From an uncultured bacterium (GTDB lineage: Bacteria > Patescibacteriota > Minisyncoccia > Phycocordibacterales > UBA6065), in contig CBIMES010000001.1 of assembly GCA_966243015.1 (NCBI GenBank), positions 1-48,597 on the forward strand: a stretch of DNA of 48,597 nt, read 5' to 3'. Both the position numbers and the translations under genes were made by a program. The notes beneath the pieces are model-generated. The model had not been told where the DNA came from. It made no database searches and was given only the letters and a program-made list of their open reading frames with translations. Shown here piece after piece: positions 37,007-46,305 of the stretch; within the stretch, counting starts at the first letter, position 1; every line of letters starts with the position of its first letter.

Positions 37007-37106
37007 AAAGCCCCTTAGAAACGCACGGATATTTTCCTGCTGGAAAATTCCTCGAGCTCGCGCCGGTCGCGCGACCGAGTCGTTTCTAAGGGGCTTTCGT
37101 TTTCTT
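37007..37106 (+). repeat. Structured ~95-nt element, copy B (same architecture as 23566-23664), immediately after nrdB
   Basis: Outer stem GCCCCTTAGAAACG/CGTTTCTAAGGGGC. Identical inner hairpin ATTTTCC-TGCT-GGAAAAT. The second hairpin has a different loop. U-rich tail TTTCGTTTTCTT. Confidence 0.8.
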
Positions 37107-37123
37107 GGGGAGGCACTCGTATA

Positions 37124-37157
37124 AGAAAAAGCCGCGAACTTTATGGGTTCGCGGCTT
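37124..37157 (-). terminator. Intrinsic terminator of the Nudix gene
   Basis: On the minus strand: AAGCCGCGAAC-CCATAAA-GTTCGCGGCTT followed by TTTTT. Confidence 0.7.
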
Positions 37158-37171
37158 GATGTTTTCGGGAC

Positions 37172-37720
37172 CTAGACTTCAGGGTAGAAGCCGATGGCCT
37201 CGAGGGCCCGTTGCACGGGTTCGGGGAAGTCGGGTTCAATGTGCCTGAACCAGCGAATTTCCCCGTTCTCGGCGAGGGCCTGCGCCTCGATGTCGCCCCT
37301 CAATTCAACCTCGTGGAGGAGCCAGGTGGAGTGCCATAGGGGCCTTCCTCCTGGCTCGTCGCTTGCGGGATTGAGCACGTCGAGCGTGGTGGCGAATCGG
37401 GCGGTTACGTCCGGTGACTCGAGGTCGATGCCGAGCTCGCGCTTGAGCTGACGCCTGAGCGCCTGCTCCGTGCGTTCGCCGTAAGTCTTGCGACCTCCGG
37501 TGACGAACCAGGTTCCCTTGAAGGGTTCCTCGTTACGACGGGCGAGCATGAACTCGCGTTTTCCGTCACGGATTCGAGTTGGCACGAAGTCGACCGTGAC
37601 GATCGGCATCCATGTCAGGATTTGATGGTAGACGTCCTGTGGGATTCGTTGGCGCTCCCTGAGCAGATCGTCGCTGACGAGGTTTTCCCGAAGGGGAAGC
37701 CTGATGATTCTTGAACTCAT
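37172..37720 (-). CDS. NUDIX hydrolase
   Basis: 182 aa. Nudix box GGRKTYGERTEQALRRQLKRELGI (G-x5-E-x7-REUxEExGU pattern). Confidence 0.8.
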   Translation of the reverse strand: MSSRIIRLPLRENLVSDDLLRERQRIPQDVYHQILTWMPIVTVDFVPTRIRDGKREFMLARRNEEPFKGTWFVTGGRKTYGERTEQALRRQLKRELGIDLESPDVTARFATTLDVLNPASDEPGGRPLWHSTWLLHEVELRGDIEAQALAENGEIRWFRHIEPDFPEPVQRALEAIGFYPEV

Positions 37721-37845
37721 GGTTTTCTGCTGTAGTGTGCTGGCGTTGATGTTTCTGAACTCTAGTATATATTATATCACTTTTTACATAAAAGTCAATT
37801 AAACAGGATGCGGCCCAATAAGGCCTTCCTATTCAATAAAAACCG

Positions 37846-37854
37846 TGATATAAT
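37846..37854 (+). promoter_or_regulatory. Extended -10 promoter of rnpB
   Basis: TGaTATAAT ends 6 nt upstream of the predicted RNase P RNA 5' end. Confidence 0.6.
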
Positions 37855-37859
37855 CAAAA

Positions 37860-38218
37860 CGTGGACCTCAAGACAGCGCCCTGTCGCAAGGCGGGGTGAG
37901 GAAAGTCCGAACACTTGCCGGCCGCAAGGCCGCGCAGCAAGGTAGCGGGTAACGCCCGTCGGGGTAATCCTAGAGGTGCGAACAGAAACGACCGATGCCG
38001 AAAGGCTAGGGGATCCGTCGATCGCAAGGTCTCCGGATCGTTCTCAGGGCAACCTGAGAGTGCAACGGCAAAATCCTTACCCGAGTGCAAGGCCGTGCTC
38101 GAGGCCGCAAGGCTTCGTGAGTGCCGCTCGAGGTGCGTGGCGACACGCATCCCAGATAAATTGTCTTGGCCCGTCCGGCGCAAGCCGGGAGGGAACAGAA
38201 TTCGGCTTATAGTCCACG
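37860..38218 (+). ncRNA. rnpB: RNase P RNA, bacterial type A
   Basis: P1 pairing CGTGGAC/GTCCACG. P4 strands GAGGAAAGTCCGAAC and ACAGAATTCGGCTTAT. GNRA/GCAA-capped helices throughout. Followed by a terminator. Confidence 0.92.
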
Positions 38219-38228
38219 AACAATGATT

Positions 38229-38256
38229 GCGCCCGCCTGAAAGGCGGGCGCTTTCT
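38229..38256 (+). terminator. Intrinsic terminator after rnpB
   Basis: GCGCCCGCC-TGAAA-GGCGGGCGC followed by TTTCTATTT. Confidence 0.75.
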
Positions 38257-38311
38257 ATTTCTGTTTGCGGTATAATACGTGAATTAAACGCATTTGATAC
38301 ACACAGGCTCT

Positions 38312-40666
38312 ATGCACATTGATCACGAGGCGAATCAAGAGAGGGGGTCGAGGCTCGACACCATCTCTTTCTGGGTTTTGCAGGCGCTCCTCTTCCTGAC
38401 GCCGATTTTCTTCTTTCCTTCGATTTCCGTGCCGTTACAGTCCGGCAAGGGCGCGTTTCTCATCGTCGGCGTCGCCGTCCTCACGGCTCTCTGGCTCGTC
38501 GGGCGTTTCAGGGACGGGGTCTTCTCGTTCCCCAAGAGCTCTCTGTATCTTGGCTCAGTGATTCTCGGTCTCGTCTACGTCGCCTCGGCGCTTGCCTCCG
38601 CGAGCAGAGAGGTGTCCCTGTTCGGCCAGGGTTTTGAGATAGGCACCGCTGTCATGTTCGTTTCGGGCCTCGCACTCTTTGCCCTCGTGCCGCTCGTCGT
38701 CAGGACGAGGGAGCGTATCTTCTCGTCCTATGTGACGCTCATGGCCTCGTTCGCGCTATTCGCGGTTTTTCATGTCGTCCGCATGATCGTCGGCGCCGAC
38801 GTTCTCTCGTTCGGCGTCTTTGCCGACGTGGTGTCGAGTCCGATCGGCAGGTGGACCGACGTGGGTCTGTTCTTCGGGCTGACGGCGCTTCTCTCGCTCG
38901 TCACTCTCGAGAAGCTCGCGTTCGGTCGCCTGCTCAAGGCGCTGGTCGTGGGTTCCTTTACGGTATCGCTCGTCTTCCTCGCGCTCGTGAACTCGTGGCC
39001 GCTCTGGGTCATTGTCGCGCTGTTTTCCCTCGTCTTCGTGGTTTACGAGAAGACCCTTGGTCGCCGCGAGGAGAAGGGCGAGGGGAGAAGGGGTTTCCCG
39101 GTCTACGCCCTCATAACCCTCGTTGTTTCGGCGTCTTTCATATTCTTTGGTGGTTTCCTCGGTGGCAAGATTTCCGGTCTCGTCGGATTTTCCCAGACTG
39201 AGGTAAGGCCGACGCTGGGCACCACGATTGAGGTGACCAAGGCAACCCTTGCCGACGATCCTTTCTTCGGCGCGGGCCCAAATAGGTTCTCGACGCAGTG
39301 GCTTCTTCACAAGCCTCTCGGCGTGAACGAGACCGTCTTCTGGGGCGTCGACTTTAACTACGGCACGGGTTTCTTCCCAAGCTTTGCCCTCACCACGGGA
39401 CTTGTTGGCGCCGTCGTGCTCCTCGCCGTCATTGCGTCCCTTCTCGTCTCGGGATTTCGCGGCCTCGTGAGGCCTTCAACCTCGCCGTTCTCGAGGTATC
39501 TCGAGGTTTCCTCGTTCGTTGGCGCGTCGTACCTGTGGGCTGTTTCATTCCCCTACGTGCCTGGTCCTGCTCTCTGGTTCCTCACAGCAGTCTTCACGGG
39601 GCTTTTCCTCGCGTCTCTCAGGGATAGCGGGGTCGTAAGGGAGGTCACCGTCAGAACGGCCGAGAAGCCAGTTCTTAATTTCGTGTCTATCGTGCTCGTG
39701 ATTGTCGCCCTGGGGGGCACGGCCTTCTTCGGATACGCGGTGGGCAAGCGGTTTGTCGCGACGGTGTATCTCCAGAAGGCGCTCGTTGCTGCGAATGTCT
39801 CGGGCGACATTGAAGCTGCCGAGGACTACATTGCTCGTGCTCTTTCGGTGTCTCCTTCGGACGCTCAGTACAGGGCGCTTTCCGAGCTGTACCTCCTCCG
39901 ACTTTCCGTCCTGCTCTCCGACGACAAGGCGTCCCAGGAAGAGACTCAGCAGAAGTTCCAGGAATACCTGTCCGTGGCTATCAAGGCCTCTAATGCAGCA
40001 GTCGACTTTGATGGGACGAATTACGTTAACCACGCCGCTCTCGCCCAGGTGTTTTCCGCGGTGACGCCGCTCAAGATCGAGGGTGCCTACGAAGCAGCCG
40101 TTCAGGCGTACCAGAATGCCCTTGCGGTTAATCCGGAGAGCCCAGAGCTCTATCTTGCCCTCGCGCGCCTCGAGGCGGTAAAGGGTGACAACGCCGCAGC
40201 GCGAACCCAGATTGGCAAAGCCCTTGAGAAGAAAGGGGACTATGCCGCGGCAGTTTACCTCCTCGCCGAGATGCAGGTTGCCGAGAGGAACCTTCCCGAG
40301 GCCATTCGCTCGGTCGAGGCTGTCGCCATGCTCTCGCCGAACGACTCGGGCGTGTTCTTCCAGCTCGGCTTGCTCTATTACGACCAGAAGCGCTTTGCCG
40401 ATGCCGTGCTCGCCTTTGGCCGCGCGGTCACCATCAACCCACAGTACGCAAACGCCAAGTACCTTCTCGGCCTGAGCCTCTATGAGACCAAGGACACGCA
40501 GGGCGCTCTCGCTCAGTTCAGAGAGCTTCGCGCGACTAATCCGGACAACGCAGAGATAGCCGACATCATCTCGAACCTGGAGGCAGGGAAGGCCCCCTTC
40601 GCGACGTCAAAGAAAGGTCTGCCTTCGCTGCCCGTCGATGAATCCTCGTCGGCCGAGAATATCTAG
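38312..40666 (+). CDS. O-antigen ligase/polymerase-like polytopic membrane protein with C-terminal TPR repeats (paralog of 17813..19984)
   Basis: Track ORF starts at TTG 38294; first ATG at 38312. Multi-TM N-terminal two-thirds, then TPR units (PELYLALARLEAVKGDNAAA..., GVFFQLGLLYYDQKRFADAVLAFGRAVTINP...). Confidence 0.7.
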   Translation: MHIDHEANQERGSRLDTISFWVLQALLFLTPIFFFPSISVPLQSGKGAFLIVGVAVLTALWLVGRFRDGVFSFPKSSLYLGSVILGLVYVASALASASREVSLFGQGFEIGTAVMFVSGLALFALVPLVVRTRERIFSSYVTLMASFALFAVFHVVRMIVGADVLSFGVFADVVSSPIGRWTDVGLFFGLTALLSLVTLEKLAFGRLLKALVVGSFTVSLVFLALVNSWPLWVIVALFSLVFVVYEKTLGRREEKGEGRRGFPVYALITLVVSASFIFFGGFLGGKISGLVGFSQTEVRPTLGTTIEVTKATLADDPFFGAGPNRFSTQWLLHKPLGVNETVFWGVDFNYGTGFFPSFALTTGLVGAVVLLAVIASLLVSGFRGLVRPSTSPFSRYLEVSSFVGASYLWAVSFPYVPGPALWFLTAVFTGLFLASLRDSGVVREVTVRTAEKPVLNFVSIVLVIVALGGTAFFGYAVGKRFVATVYLQKALVAANVSGDIEAAEDYIARALSVSPSDAQYRALSELYLLRLSVLLSDDKASQEETQQKFQEYLSVAIKASNAAVDFDGTNYVNHAALAQVFSAVTPLKIEGAYEAAVQAYQNALAVNPESPELYLALARLEAVKGDNAAARTQIGKALEKKGDYAAAVYLLAEMQVAERNLPEAIRSVEAVAMLSPNDSGVFFQLGLLYYDQKRFADAVLAFGRAVTINPQYANAKYLLGLSLYETKDTQGALAQFRELRATNPDNAEIADIISNLEAGKAPFATSKKGLPSLPVDESSSAENI

Positions 40667-40672
40667 TCGTTC

Positions 40673-42352
40673 ATGGTAAAGAGGATTCTGTCATTTGTCG
40701 GCAGGGAGATAAGCGGCCTTCACGAGGCGGCGTACCTTCTGGCTGGCTCGGCGGCAGTGTCTCTTGTCTTTGCCCTCCTTCGTGACAGGCTTCTCGCCCA
40801 TACCCTCGGAACATCGGTGACGCTCGACCTCTACTATGCCGCGTTCCGCGTTCCCGACATGATCTATGTGGTCGTGGCTTCGCTCGTCTCGACTTCGATT
40901 CTCGTGCCGTTTCTCGTCGAGAGCAAGGCGAAGGGCACTGACGACCTTAAGAAGTCGATTTCCGACTTGTTCTCGGCCTTCTGTGTGCTCATACTCGCCG
41001 TCTGCGCGCTCGCCTTTGCCTTCATGCCCGAGATACAGAAGGCCCTCTTCCCGCAGCTCTTTGCCCAAGGCTTCGGCGCCGAGTTGGTCGCGGTGTCGAG
41101 GATTCTGCTCACCTCGCCGCTTCTTCTCGGTCTCGCGGGCTTTTTCACGAGCGTCACCCAGATACAGAATAGGTTTCTCGTCTACGCGCTCTCGGTGCCG
41201 CTCTATAACGTGGGCATCATCGTCGGCATTATCTTCTTCCTGCCGGCGTACGGGGCCACCGGTCTTGCCTGGGGTGTTGCGCTCGGCGCGTTCTTGCTGT
41301 GCGTCGCGCAGATTCCCATCGTCATCCGCGACGGGCTCTTTCCGCGGCCGACCCTGCGCATCGGCTGGTCTCGGGTGAGGAAAGTGGCGCTTCTCTCCGT
41401 GCCTCGCACGGTTACTATGTCCTCTCAGCAGATAACCACGATTGCCTTTGTGTCGTTTGCGTCGTTTCTCGGCGCGGGGTCAATCTCGATATTCAACCTC
41501 GCCCTTAACCTACAATCGGTGCCGCTTTCCATCATCGGCGCGAGCTATTCGTCGGCCGCCTTTCCCGTCCTCGCCCGCATCATCATCGAGCAGGGCAGGG
41601 AGGCTTTCATGCACAAGCTCGTGTCCGCCTTCAAGCACGTCATATTCTGGTCAGTGCCCCTGACCTTCCTCTTTATCGTCCTGCGCGCCCAGATCGTGCG
41701 AACGGCCCTCGGGTCGGGCGCCTTCAGCTGGGACGACACGAGGCTCACGGCGGCCGCTCTCGCACTCTTTGTTGCCTCGGCGGCAGCTCAGAGCATGATC
41801 CTGCTCTTCGTCAGATCGTTCTATGCGGAGGGCAAGACCACGAAGCCTCTTGTCCTCAACGTGGTGTCGATGGCTTTCACCATTCTCGCGGCCTTCGGCC
41901 TCATCAGGCTCTTTTCCCTCTGGCCGGCCTTTGCCTATTTCGTCGAGTCGCTCCTTAAGGTCAGCGGCGTGCCCAACACGTCCGTACTTATGCTGCCTCT
42001 CGCGTTCTCGCTCGGCTCTTTCCTCAATCTGGCCCTGCACTGGTATTCCTGCGCCAGTGAGTTCCCGGGATTCACCCGTGCCCTCGGCCGGACCATTTTC
42101 CAGTCGGTCGGCTCGTCCCTTATCGGCGGGTACGTGGCGTACGGATCGCTTCGCCTCTTTGATAATGTCTTTGACCTCGGAACCGTATTCGGTGTCTTTA
42201 TGCAGGGCCTGTGCGCGGGACTGATCGGTATCGCCGTCATGATTCTCGTGCTCTGGCTCATGAGGAGCACGGAGCTTCGCGATATTCTCATCACCTTCAA
42301 GCACAAGGTGTGGAGGGTTGATAGGACGAGCCTCGACAGACTCCAGTCATAG
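40673..42352 (+). CDS. murJ: Lipid II flippase MurJ (MviN family)
   Basis: 559 aa, ~14 TM helices. N-terminal LLSRxxGxxRD-like ALLRDRLLAHTLG, YYAAFRVPD motif. Confidence 0.85.
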   Translation: MVKRILSFVGREISGLHEAAYLLAGSAAVSLVFALLRDRLLAHTLGTSVTLDLYYAAFRVPDMIYVVVASLVSTSILVPFLVESKAKGTDDLKKSISDLFSAFCVLILAVCALAFAFMPEIQKALFPQLFAQGFGAELVAVSRILLTSPLLLGLAGFFTSVTQIQNRFLVYALSVPLYNVGIIVGIIFFLPAYGATGLAWGVALGAFLLCVAQIPIVIRDGLFPRPTLRIGWSRVRKVALLSVPRTVTMSSQQITTIAFVSFASFLGAGSISIFNLALNLQSVPLSIIGASYSSAAFPVLARIIIEQGREAFMHKLVSAFKHVIFWSVPLTFLFIVLRAQIVRTALGSGAFSWDDTRLTAAALALFVASAAAQSMILLFVRSFYAEGKTTKPLVLNVVSMAFTILAAFGLIRLFSLWPAFAYFVESLLKVSGVPNTSVLMLPLAFSLGSFLNLALHWYSCASEFPGFTRALGRTIFQSVGSSLIGGYVAYGSLRLFDNVFDLGTVFGVFMQGLCAGLIGIAVMILVLWLMRSTELRDILITFKHKVWRVDRTSLDRLQS

Positions 42353-42366
42353 TCCGTCTTGTGAAA

Positions 42367-42394
42367 TGAAAAAGCCCGCGTGATGCGCGGGCTT
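42367..42394 (-). terminator. Hairpin terminator (T-tract on the minus strand; probably also stops murJ)
   Basis: AAGCCCGCG-TGATG-CGCGGGCTT, with an A5 run on the plus-strand 5' side. Confidence 0.6.
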
Positions 42395-42409
42395 GTCGCT
42401 GGGGTGTTT

Positions 42410-42682
42410 TTACCAGAAGCGGAAATATAAGTCTGTGGCAACTAAGGCTAGTTCTATCCAGAATAATCGCCTGTAAAAAAGCATGTCTTCGCGGCTTTTT
42501 TCCCAGATTTCCTCAGAGACGCGGTAGCTGAACGGCTGCCCCGGCCCCTCCTCTTGTTGAATGGCCAACTCAGCGTCCAGCTCCTTGAGTTCAAGCGACA
42601 GTCTCAGCCACTGGCTTTTATTGCTTTTCCACTCCCAGAAAAACCAGGCGAGCAAGGCTATTGATAAGACGGTAAGAAACAT
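42410..42682 (-). CDS. Hypothetical small membrane protein (90 aa)
   Basis: ORF track. N- and C-terminal hydrophobic helices flanking a charged coiled segment. Terminator downstream. Confidence 0.5.
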   Translation of the reverse strand: MFLTVLSIALLAWFFWEWKSNKSQWLRLSLELKELDAELAIQQEEGPGQPFSYRVSEEIWEKSREDMLFYRRLFWIELALVATDLYFRFW

Positions 42683-42839
42683 CGGTATACCTTTCTGTCT
42701 GATCTTGTGAAAAAGCCGCGGCGCGTTTTGCCCGCAAGTCGATTTTCCACTGAGTCAAAATCTCTGTGCATATTATATATTATATTTAGTTATGAGTCAA
42801 TATATGATTCTAGCCAAATGGCGGTATTTGTGTTAATTT

Positions 42840-44684
42840 ATGGTGACTTTTATGGATATCTCCCGCATCCGAAACTTCAGCATCATAGCCCATATCGACC
42901 ACGGCAAGTCCACGCTTGCCGACCGTCTGCTTGAGATCACGGGCACGATCGAGAAGCGCAAGATGCAGGAGCAGGTCCTTGACTCGATGGAGCTCGAGCG
43001 AGAGCGTGGCATCACCATCAAGATGCAGCCGGTGCGTATGCGCTATACGCTGCCCGAGTCGGCGGCAACTGCGACCATCGGGGCGGGCGAGTACGCCATG
43101 AACCTCATCGACACCCCGGGCCACATCGACTTCTCGTACGAGGTGTCGCGAGCGCTCAAGGCGGTGGAGGGGTCGATTCTTCTCGTCGACGCGACGCAGG
43201 GCGTTCAGGCGCAGACCCTCACGACCCTTAACATGGCACGCGAGTCGGGCCTTGTAATCATCCCCGTCATCTCCAAGATCGACTCGCCGCTCGCGCGCGT
43301 CGACGACGTGAAGATGGAGATCGCCCAGCTGCTTGACGTGAACCTCGACAGCATCTTGTCCGTGTCGGGCAAGACGGGCGAGGGCGTTCCCGAGCTTCTT
43401 CAGGAGCTTGTGCGTCGCGTGCCCGCCCCAAAGACCGAGGTGCTCGACGGCAGGGACTTCCGCGCACTCATCTTCGATTTCCAGTACTCAAACCACCGCG
43501 GCGTCACCGTCTATGCCCGTGTCATGGATGGCAAGGTCAAGAAGGGTGAGACCCTGACCTTCCGCGTGGCGGGCGAGACCTTCATCGCAAACGAGGTCGG
43601 CATCTTCGCGCCAGACGAGACCCCGAAGGAGGAGCTTTCGGCGGGCGAGATCGGTTACATTGTTACCGGCGTGAAGGAGCCGGGTGTTGCGTCGGTGGGA
43701 GACACCATTACCCCCGTTCGCAGCGCGCTTTCAATACTGCCTGGATACATGAAGCCGTCGCCGGTCGTGTGGGCATCAATCTATCCTGAGAGCCAGGACG
43801 ACCTCACGCTTTTGCGACAGGCGCTCGCGCGTCTCTCGCTCTCTGACTCCGCCTTCACCTACGAGGAAGAGGCCTCGGGAACCCTTGGTCGCGGCTTCCG
43901 TTGCGGATTCCTCGGCATGCTCCACCTCGAGATCATCACCGAGCGCCTGCGCAGGGAGTTCGACCTCGAGCTCGTGGTCACCACGCCGTCGATTACGTAC
44001 CAGGTCACCCTTTCTAACGGAAAGAAGGTCGTCGTGTACTCGCCTCCGCTGTTCCCTGACGAGGGCCAGATCAAACTCGTCGAGGAGCCGTGGGTCAAGG
44101 TGAAGCTCATCGCGCCGATGGAATACGTCGGCCCCCTTACCCAGATCGTCTTCGAGCACGAGGGCGTGACTGATCATATGGACTCGTTCGGAGAGGGGAG
44201 GATGGCGATTGTCGTGGATATGCCCCTTCGCGAGCTCATGCGTAACTTCTTTGACGAGGTGAAGAGCGTCTCGTCTGGATACGCCTCTATTTCATATACG
44301 CCGACCGAGATCAAGGTCGCTGACGTCGTGCGCCTCGACATTCTCGTGGGGGAGGAGCCTGTGCCCGCCTTCACCCGCATCGTCGCCCGAGAGAAGGCCT
44401 ATGACGAGGCCGAGAAGGCGGTCGAGAAGCTCGAGAAGATCCTGCCAAAGCAGCTTTTCGTAACCAAGATTCAGGGCAAGGCCCACGGTCGCATTCTCGC
44501 GTCCCGAACCCTCGCGGCCCTCAAGCGAGACGTTACCGGTCATCTCTACGGAGGCGACATCAGTCGAAAGAAGAAGCTCTGGGAGCAGCAGAAGGAGGGA
44601 AAGAAGCGCCTCCTCGAGCGCGGGCAGGGAAGCATCAACATCCCGCAGGACGTGTTCGTGAAGATGATGAGGATGGGCGAGTAG
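42840..44684 (+). CDS. lepA: Elongation factor 4 (LepA)
   Basis: IRNFSIIAHIDHGKSTLADRLL, DTPGH, and the C-terminal LepA_C block (YGGDISRKKKLWEQQKEGKKR). Alternative ATG at 42852. Confidence 0.95.
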   Translation: MVTFMDISRIRNFSIIAHIDHGKSTLADRLLEITGTIEKRKMQEQVLDSMELERERGITIKMQPVRMRYTLPESAATATIGAGEYAMNLIDTPGHIDFSYEVSRALKAVEGSILLVDATQGVQAQTLTTLNMARESGLVIIPVISKIDSPLARVDDVKMEIAQLLDVNLDSILSVSGKTGEGVPELLQELVRRVPAPKTEVLDGRDFRALIFDFQYSNHRGVTVYARVMDGKVKKGETLTFRVAGETFIANEVGIFAPDETPKEELSAGEIGYIVTGVKEPGVASVGDTITPVRSALSILPGYMKPSPVVWASIYPESQDDLTLLRQALARLSLSDSAFTYEEEASGTLGRGFRCGFLGMLHLEIITERLRREFDLELVVTTPSITYQVTLSNGKKVVVYSPPLFPDEGQIKLVEEPWVKVKLIAPMEYVGPLTQIVFEHEGVTDHMDSFGEGRMAIVVDMPLRELMRNFFDEVKSVSSGYASISYTPTEIKVADVVRLDILVGEEPVPAFTRIVAREKAYDEAEKAVEKLEKILPKQLFVTKIQGKAHGRILASRTLAALKRDVTGHLYGGDISRKKKLWEQQKEGKKRLLERGQGSINIPQDVFVKMMRMGE

Positions 44685-44695
44685 GCGCCTTCTTA

Positions 44696-44723
44696 TTGAC
44701 AGGAAGGGGGTCGGGTGTAGTAT
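44696..44723 (+). promoter_or_regulatory. Sigma-70-like promoter
   Basis: TTGACA, 16-nt spacer, TAGTAT. Confidence 0.5.
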
Positions 44724-44757
44724 TTCCCCTGAACCCTCAACACGTCACTTGTTCCTC

Positions 44758-45231
44758 ATGAATACACCCAGCAACACACTTGCCGCGATCGGTGAGTCGG
44801 TTAAGTATCACGAGCGGAGGGCGGCCCTCGCTCGTTTCGCCCAGCAGACATTGTCGATTCCCTTCAAGGAGATCGTATACGAAGTTCACATTCAGTCGCA
44901 TCACCCTCAGTGCAGATCGATCATGGCCGAAGGCTCCGACCTCCTCGACGTTTGTCGCAGGGCTGTTCGCCTCAATCGTGATTACAACAACGGCCGAGCT
45001 CGTGCCGACCTCGAGCTCTTCGTCCGCTGTGGAGATGTTATTGTTGCCATCCTTCCCGAGGATGCCGTCGGCCTTCTGCCGGAGGACTGTCGCACGGAGT
45101 TTTCGTTTCACCTCGACGGCAGACTTGCGGGTGTATCGTCGAACCTCCTGGTTTTCAAGATTGGGGAGGACCTGCCGAGCGCCCATTACGCCAAGACCCC
45201 AACTTCCGAGCCTGAGCCCGCGGGGGTATGA
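44758..45231 (+). CDS. Hypothetical protein (157 aa)
   Basis: First ATG of track ORF 44749..45231. The promoter at 44696-44723 and terminator at 45257-45286 support the plus strand over the overlapping antisense ORF. Confidence 0.5.
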   Translation: MNTPSNTLAAIGESVKYHERRAALARFAQQTLSIPFKEIVYEVHIQSHHPQCRSIMAEGSDLLDVCRRAVRLNRDYNNGRARADLELFVRCGDVIVAILPEDAVGLLPEDCRTEFSFHLDGRLAGVSSNLLVFKIGEDLPSAHYAKTPTSEPEPAGV

Positions 45232-45256
45232 GACAGGCGCATGGCCGTGCCAAAGC

Positions 45257-45286
45257 AAAAGCCCGTCCGAAAGGACGGGCTTTTTT
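45257..45286. terminator. Bidirectional terminator
   Basis: AAAAGCCCGTCC-GAAA-GGACGGGCTTTT followed by TT. Confidence 0.75.
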
Positions 45287-45293
45287 CTTGTCC

Positions 45294-45404
45294 TTATCGA
45301 TAGAGAATCGAGAACGACGTGAGCACCATGCTGAGGATGATAAGTGCCGCGAAGATGCTCCAGAAGATCTGGAGGGCCTTGCGGTGCTTTGGGTTGAGGA
45401 TCAT
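45294..45404 (-). CDS. Possible 36-aa single-helix membrane peptide (not in the ORF track)
   Basis: Own translation: MILNPKHRKALQIFWSIFAALIILSMVLTSFSILYR. Ends 8 nt before the bidirectional terminator. Confidence 0.3.
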   Translation of the reverse strand: MILNPKHRKALQIFWSIFAALIILSMVLTSFSILYR

Positions 45405-45450
45405 GTGATGGACTATGGTTATGGCCTAACGGGAGTTATACTAGCACAGC

Positions 45451-45828
45451 ATGAGAGAATTCCAAGACCGCAGGAGGTTCCGCCGGTTCTTCCACTCCCG
45501 ATACGCGATCGGCGTGCTTATTCTCGTGCTTGTGCTCGCCGCCCAGGCGGTCTGGGGTATATACAACAAGTACCAGAAGAGCGAGGAGCTCTCCCAGAGG
45601 ATGAGCGCCAACCTCTCTGAGCTTCAGGACCGCCGGCAGAAGCTCGTCTCGCTTAACGCCTCCCTCGAGACCGAGCAGGGCAGGGAGCGCGAGATTCGAG
45701 ACAGGTTCGGCGTGGTCAGGGAGGGCGAGCAGACGGTCATTATCGTCGAGAATCGCTCAGGGGACGGCGGAATAACGCCGCTTCCGGAGAGAAGCGTGTG
45801 GCAGGCTTTCCTTGACCTCTTTAGATAG
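45451..45828 (+). CDS. Septum formation initiator family (FtsB/DivIC-like)
   Basis: 125 aa. Basic N-terminus, one TM helix, a coiled-coil, then the IRDRFGVVREGEQVI-type C-terminal motif. Confidence 0.6.
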   Translation: MREFQDRRRFRRFFHSRYAIGVLILVLVLAAQAVWGIYNKYQKSEELSQRMSANLSELQDRRQKLVSLNASLETEQGREREIRDRFGVVREGEQTVIIVENRSGDGGITPLPERSVWQAFLDLFR

Positions 45829-45876
45829 GGCGTCGGTTCGTGTATACTGCTTTATAAGCTTAAGTAAACAACCAGC

Positions 45877-46119
45877 ATGAAAACCGTAGAAATCTATTCG
45901 ACCCCGACCTGCGTCTACTGCAACAAGGCAAAGGACTTTTTCAAGAAGCACAACGTCGCCTATACCGAGTACAACGTCGCGTCTGATCAGGCCAGGAGGG
46001 CCGAGATGGTAGAGAAGAGCGGTCAGCTCGGGGTGCCCGTCATCGATATCGGCGGAGACGTCATGGTCGGATATGACGAGAAGATCCTAACCGACCTTCT
46101 CGGCATCCAGCAGGCATAG
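45877..46119 (+). CDS. Glutaredoxin / NrdH-like redoxin
   Basis: 80 aa. IYSTPTCVYCNKAK (CxxC) and GVPVIDIGG motif. Confidence 0.85.
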   Translation: MKTVEIYSTPTCVYCNKAKDFFKKHNVAYTEYNVASDQARRAEMVEKSGQLGVPVIDIGGDVMVGYDEKILTDLLGIQQA

Positions 46120-46135
46120 GATGATCGGTCCTTCC

Positions 46136-46184
46136 AGGCACACAAAGAAAAAACACCCAGACTGGGTGTTTTTTCTTTGTGTGC
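46136..46184. terminator. 23-bp perfect palindrome (bidirectional terminator) whose right arm overlaps the 3' end of tRNA-Arg
   Basis: GGCACACAAAGAAAAAACACCCA-GAC-TGGGTGTTTTTTCTTTGTGTGCC. Confidence 0.7.
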
Positions 46185-46252
46185 CCTCGCCAGGAATCGA
46201 ACCTGGATCTACTCGTTAGGAGTGAGCTATTCTATCCATTGAACTACGAAGG
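46181..46252 (-). tRNA. tRNA-Arg (anticodon CCT), no encoded CCA
   Basis: Hand fold: acceptor GCCTTCG/CGAGGGC (one G-U), D arm GTTC-AATGGATA-GAAT, anticodon loop CTCCTAA (31-39 is an A-C mismatch), T arm CCAGG-TTCGATT-CCTGG. Confidence 0.8.
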
Positions 46253-46305
46253 CGTGGCCTTCACTATATAGCATAAAGCGAAACGCCTCAACCGATACGT
46301 GTTTT

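Noticed and set aside
36015-37007. 330-aa minus-strand ORF, and similar long antisense ORFs (3619..4437, 19346..20227, 22794..23585, 24465..25751, 33073..33705, 41651..42304, 47120..48526)
   Set aside because: Each mirrors a confidently identified gene on the other strand (nrdB, pyk, the Wzy/TPR gene, secA, gpmI, nrdA, murJ, trhO and 47129). They have low-complexity charged compositions, no motifs and no independent promoter or terminator signals.
44737-45258. 173-aa minus-strand ORF competing with 44758..45231
   Set aside because: Its start codon lies in the terminator stem at 45257, and it has no downstream terminator. The plus-strand ORF has a TTGACA-16-TAGTAT promoter and a hairpin/T-tract terminator.
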